From assembly GCA_016197155.1 (NCBI GenBank), contig JACPWF010000024.1, forward strand, positions 17,432 through 81,431: a stretch of 64,000 nucleotides of DNA. Reading direction: 5' to 3'. The position numbers and the translations under genes are program-made. The notes under the pieces were generated by a model. It did no database searches. It was not told the origin of the DNA and worked only from the letters and a program-made list of their open reading frames with translations. Positions 60,907 to 64,000 of the stretch are shown piece by piece (position 1 is the first letter of the stretch; each line of letters begins with the position of its first letter). Origin of the DNA: Candidatus Omnitrophota bacterium (GTDB taxonomy: Bacteria > Omnitrophota > Gorgyraeia > 2-02-FULL-51-18).

Positions 60907-61635
60907 ATGAAGTTGACCTTTTTCGAGCATTTGGGCGAGCTGAGAAAGCGGATTCTCATTTCTCTTTTCGGGATCCTCGCGGCCGCGCTCGTCGCGTACG
61001 TCTATTCCGATCGTCTCCTGGCATTTGTCGTCTCTCCCCTGCGCGGCGCGGTGAAAGAGATCTATTTTTTTTCCCCGCCGGAAGCGTTTGTGATCAAGGT
61101 GAAGCTCGCGATTTTGGGCGGGGTCTTTCTCGCCCTGCCGCTTCTGGCTGTGCAGTTGTGGCTTTTTGTCTCGCCGGCGCTTTACGGAAGGGAAAGAAAA
61201 TTGATCCTGCCGCTTGCGGCAGTCACGTCCCTGCTTTTTCTTTCGGGGGCGGCGTTTTGTTTTTTTTTAGTGATGCCGGTGGCGCTCAAATTTCTTATCG
61301 GGATGCAAAGCGATTTTTTGAAGCCCATGATCTCGATGGGCGAGTACACGGGTTTTTTGTCGGGGATGGTGCTGGCGTTCGGGGTCACGTTCAACCTGCC
61401 GCTTTTTATCCTCGCGGCCGTTTTTTCGGGTTTTTTGAGCGCGCGGACCTTAAACCGGTACCAGCGCCACGCGATTGTCCTCATTTTCATCGCGGCGGCC
61501 GTCATGACCCCCGGTCCGGATGTGGCGAGCCAGCTTTTTCTGGCCGTTCCGCTGCTTTTACTTTTTGAACTCAGTGTCGGCGCCGCGATGGCGGTGGAAT
61601 ATTTTAAAAAAAGAAAAAAGGTTCCTGCCGGATGA
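60907..61635 (+). CDS. tatC: Twin-arginine translocase subunit TatC
   Basis: EHLGELRKRI, P.EAF, QLWLFVSPALY, TPGPD..SQ. Confidence 0.95.
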   Translation: MKLTFFEHLGELRKRILISLFGILAAALVAYVYSDRLLAFVVSPLRGAVKEIYFFSPPEAFVIKVKLAILGGVFLALPLLAVQLWLFVSPALYGRERKLILPLAAVTSLLFLSGAAFCFFLVMPVALKFLIGMQSDFLKPMISMGEYTGFLSGMVLAFGVTFNLPLFILAAVFSGFLSARTLNRYQRHAIVLIFIAAAVMTPGPDVASQLFLAVPLLLLFELSVGAAMAVEYFKKRKKVPAG

Positions 61636-62558
61636 GCCTGATCTTTATCCCCCTTTTATTTTTTTTCGCGGCGGCCGTTTTTTTCATCCACGAGGCGTGG
61701 AAATACACGCGCCTCATCGGCAATATTTTTTTGAGCCTCGTCTATTCTCCGGCGCTTGAGCCCTTCGGATCCTCGAGGGGAGAGCGGATCACGATTTTGG
61801 ATTCGAGCCAGAACGAAATCCCCGCGCTTCTGGTCGAGAAAAAAGATTCCGCGCGCCTGGTCATTTTTTGCCACGAGTCCGGGGCCACGAAGGACTCCTG
61901 GGAAAAATACGCCTCTTTTCTGCCCGATAAGGGGTATTCGATTTTGAGCGTCGGTTTCGAAAAAAAATCCCAAAACGGCTCTCCGAACACGCTCGCGCAA
62001 TGGCCGACCGAAGAAGATGTGGCCAATCTCGTCACCGTGATCCGCTGGGCGAAAAAGGCGTTCCGGCAGGGGACGCGGATTTTTCTTTTCGGCGTTTCGA
62101 ACGGCGCGGACATCGCCCTCGCGGCCTCGTCCCACGATCCGGCGGTGGCGGCGGTGATCGCGGACGGACTTTTTTCCATGAAGGAAATCCTGCGCGATTA
62201 CATCCGGCGCTGGGCGCCGATCCTCGTGCGGCCCAATTTTTTCGGCGAGAATTATCCGGACTGGGTCGTTGGGCTTTTCGCGGGACTTGGTTTCTGGCGC
62301 TGTCAGAGGCAGTCGGGGACCACGTTTGTGGATGTTGAGAAATTTTTAAAGAAGCCGCACGTCCCGCTTCTCATGGTGCACGGGGAAGAGGACGACTACG
62401 TGCCGCCCAGCCATCAGCGCTTTTTGGACCGGCTCTCCGGAAAAGAACGCGGCACGGAACATTTGACGGTGCCCCAGGCCGGGCACAATCAGGCCATCGT
62501 GCGCGGCCGCGAGGTCTACGAGGAAAAGATTGTGAAGTTTTTGGAGCGCCTCGCGTGA
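61632..62558 (+). CDS. Alpha/beta hydrolase, membrane-anchored
   Basis: GVSNGA nucleophile elbow, HGEEDDYVP, AGHN. Confidence 0.85.
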   Translation: MSLIFIPLLFFFAAAVFFIHEAWKYTRLIGNIFLSLVYSPALEPFGSSRGERITILDSSQNEIPALLVEKKDSARLVIFCHESGATKDSWEKYASFLPDKGYSILSVGFEKKSQNGSPNTLAQWPTEEDVANLVTVIRWAKKAFRQGTRIFLFGVSNGADIALAASSHDPAVAAVIADGLFSMKEILRDYIRRWAPILVRPNFFGENYPDWVVGLFAGLGFWRCQRQSGTTFVDVEKFLKKPHVPLLMVHGEEDDYVPPSHQRFLDRLSGKERGTEHLTVPQAGHNQAIVRGREVYEEKIVKFLERLA

Positions 62559-63370
62559 AGAAAAAGGCATTCGCCATCGTTTTTGCCTCCGCCGTCCTTC
62601 TGCCGGCAGGCGCCGGCCTCTGGTTTTTTGGGCGGAGCATCCCCTGGCAGTCGGCCCCGTTTCTGTCTCCGGCCCACACCCGCGCCGAATCGGCCGTCGG
62701 CGACCTTCGGCGGATGTTGAAAGAGGCGATCGGCCGCTACCGTTCGCTGGACGACTACACCGCGATTTTTTACAAGGAAGAAAGGTCCGGCGGGAAATGG
62801 GAGCCGGAGGAGGAAATTTATTTTAAATTTGAAAAGCCATTCAAAATTTACATGGAATGGCTGAACACCCGTAAAATTGGCGTTCAGGTTTTTTATGAAC
62901 GGGGTTTTCACGGCAATCAATTGGCCGTTCACCTGCCGGGGTTTTTGTTCCAATTGAAGCCGGTCCTATTTCTTGACCGGGACAGTCCCTGGGTCCGCGA
63001 GGGGAGCGCGGCCTACGACATTGAGGACGCCGGGATCGGGAAATTTTTATTGGACTTGACCCGCGCGGTCGGCCGAGGCGCGGCCAGGCGCAAACTTCTC
63101 GTCAAATATTTTGAGAAAGAAAAAGACGGCCAATCCGTCGACATCACGTTTCCTCATTCGTCTCCGAACGAGGGATTTTTCGCGTACCGGGTCATCGTTT
63201 TCTTTGACGATGAGACAAAACTGCCTCTGCGGATGGAGCTTTTTGACTGGCACAACGAACCCATGGGGGTCTACGGCTACAAAAATTTAAAATTAAACGC
63301 CGGCCCCGCCGATCCCGAATTTAAACGGCGCATCCACGGCCGTCTTTTCCGAATCTACGCTCACACTTGA
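62555..63370 (+). CDS. DUF1571-like exported protein
   Basis: DYTA.F.K.ER..G, KF.KPF.IYM.W, D.ETKLP. Confidence 0.65.
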   Translation: MKKKAFAIVFASAVLLPAGAGLWFFGRSIPWQSAPFLSPAHTRAESAVGDLRRMLKEAIGRYRSLDDYTAIFYKEERSGGKWEPEEEIYFKFEKPFKIYMEWLNTRKIGVQVFYERGFHGNQLAVHLPGFLFQLKPVLFLDRDSPWVREGSAAYDIEDAGIGKFLLDLTRAVGRGAARRKLLVKYFEKEKDGQSVDITFPHSSPNEGFFAYRVIVFFDDETKLPLRMELFDWHNEPMGVYGYKNLKLNAGPADPEFKRRIHGRLFRIYAHT

Positions 63371-63414
63371 AAACCGCCGAAGCCCGTGGTATCATTATGT
63401 ACGTAATAACGTAC
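63367..63414 (+). promoter_or_regulatory. TA promoter and operator palindrome
   Basis: TTGAAA-17bp-TATCAT; GTACGT-AATA-ACGTAC at 63399..63414. Confidence 0.7.
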
Positions 63415-63431
63415 GTAAATCAGAAAGGGGT

Positions 63432-63692
63432 TTGGAAGTGACCACATTGACCGTGACGCAGGCAAGGCAGAATTTGTTTGACCTTCTAAAGAAGTCGGTG
63501 AAGGGCCATGTCCCCGTGAAAATCACTTCCAGAACGGGTGACGCGGTGCTGTTGTCGGAAGAGGATTACGAAGGTTTGATCGAGACCCTCGAACTTCTTT
63601 CGACGCCGGGCATGGCCAAGAGCCTACGCGAGGCAAGGGCGGATATCCGGGCGGGCAGGACCAAATCGATTCAGGAAGTCTTTGGGCGGTGA
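63432..63692 (+). CDS. Phd/YefM antitoxin
   Basis: TQARQNL..L, PV.IT, AVLLSEEDY..LIETLELLS. Confidence 0.92.
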   Translation: MEVTTLTVTQARQNLFDLLKKSVKGHVPVKITSRTGDAVLLSEEDYEGLIETLELLSTPGMAKSLREARADIRAGRTKSIQEVFGR

Positions 63693-63949
63693 ATCCGGCG
63701 CCGTATGAAATCCTCATTACGCGCCGCGCCGAGAAGGATATTGAGAAACTCTCCCCCCAATTAAAAGACAAGCTTTACGGTATTCTCACCGAGGTCATCG
63801 CGGTCAATCCCTTTGAGGGCAAAAAGCTGGTTGGCGACCTAGAGGGGTATTATTCCCACCGCTTAAACTATCAAGACCGTATCGTTTATTCCATCCATTC
63901 AAAAAGAAGAACCGTCTACATCGAGCGCGCTCGCACGCATTACGAATAA
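63689..63949 (+). CDS. RelE/YoeB-family toxin
   Basis: A.KD, KKLVGDLEGYYS.RLN..DRIVY, RTHYE. Confidence 0.9.
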   Translation: MNPAPYEILITRRAEKDIEKLSPQLKDKLYGILTEVIAVNPFEGKKLVGDLEGYYSHRLNYQDRIVYSIHSKRRTVYIERARTHYE

Positions 63950-64000
63950 GAATCCCCGCGCCAGACCGAGGGGCGGCCGAAGAGGACGCGGCCGAGGCAC

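Noticed and set aside
63955-64000. GC-rich CCGAGG-containing stretch after the toxin gene
   Set aside because: Probably the start of another repeat, but truncated by the window edge

Overview
Bacterial chromosomal window spanning the replication origin. Gene order and style are consistent with a PVC-superphylum organism such as Ca. Omnitrophota (inference only). Left arm (minus strand): pheT(partial)-pheS-rplT-rpmI-infC-thrS, tRNA-Val/Leu/Cys, coaB-coaC-gmk-ndk, parB-parA with parS, mnmG-yidC-yidD-rnpA-rpmH. Then dnaA-oriC-dnaN-dciA-gyrB-gyrA-tRNA-Glu. A ~13 kb nitrate-assimilation/molybdenum-cofactor island follows, bounded by 57-bp direct repeats and containing no integrase. It encodes a GAF-ANTAR antiterminator, a dual-hexaloop ANTAR target RNA and a NifI2/NifI1-like PII pair with no nitrogenase. 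Next are a four-gene orphan envelope cluster, crcB-DUF190-DoxX, and a sulfate-assimilation cluster. That cluster has two sulfur-carrier proteins with masked Gly-Gly ends (one a MoaD-NIL fusion), a JAMM protease, CysK, a ThrC-like enzyme and a CymR-like Rrf2. Housekeeping genes (5-FCL, rny, ymdB, xseAB, ispA, dxs, tatC) and two type II toxin-antitoxin pairs complete the window. A modular palindromic repeat family is scattered throughout and has entered tRNA copies and the ParA C-terminus. Best candidates for new biology: (i) a PII(NifI)-GAF-ANTAR nitrate regulatory module, (ii) the MoaD-NIL polyprotein sulfur relay with possible CysK-docking Ile tails, (iii) repeat-bounded, integrase-free island acquisition.
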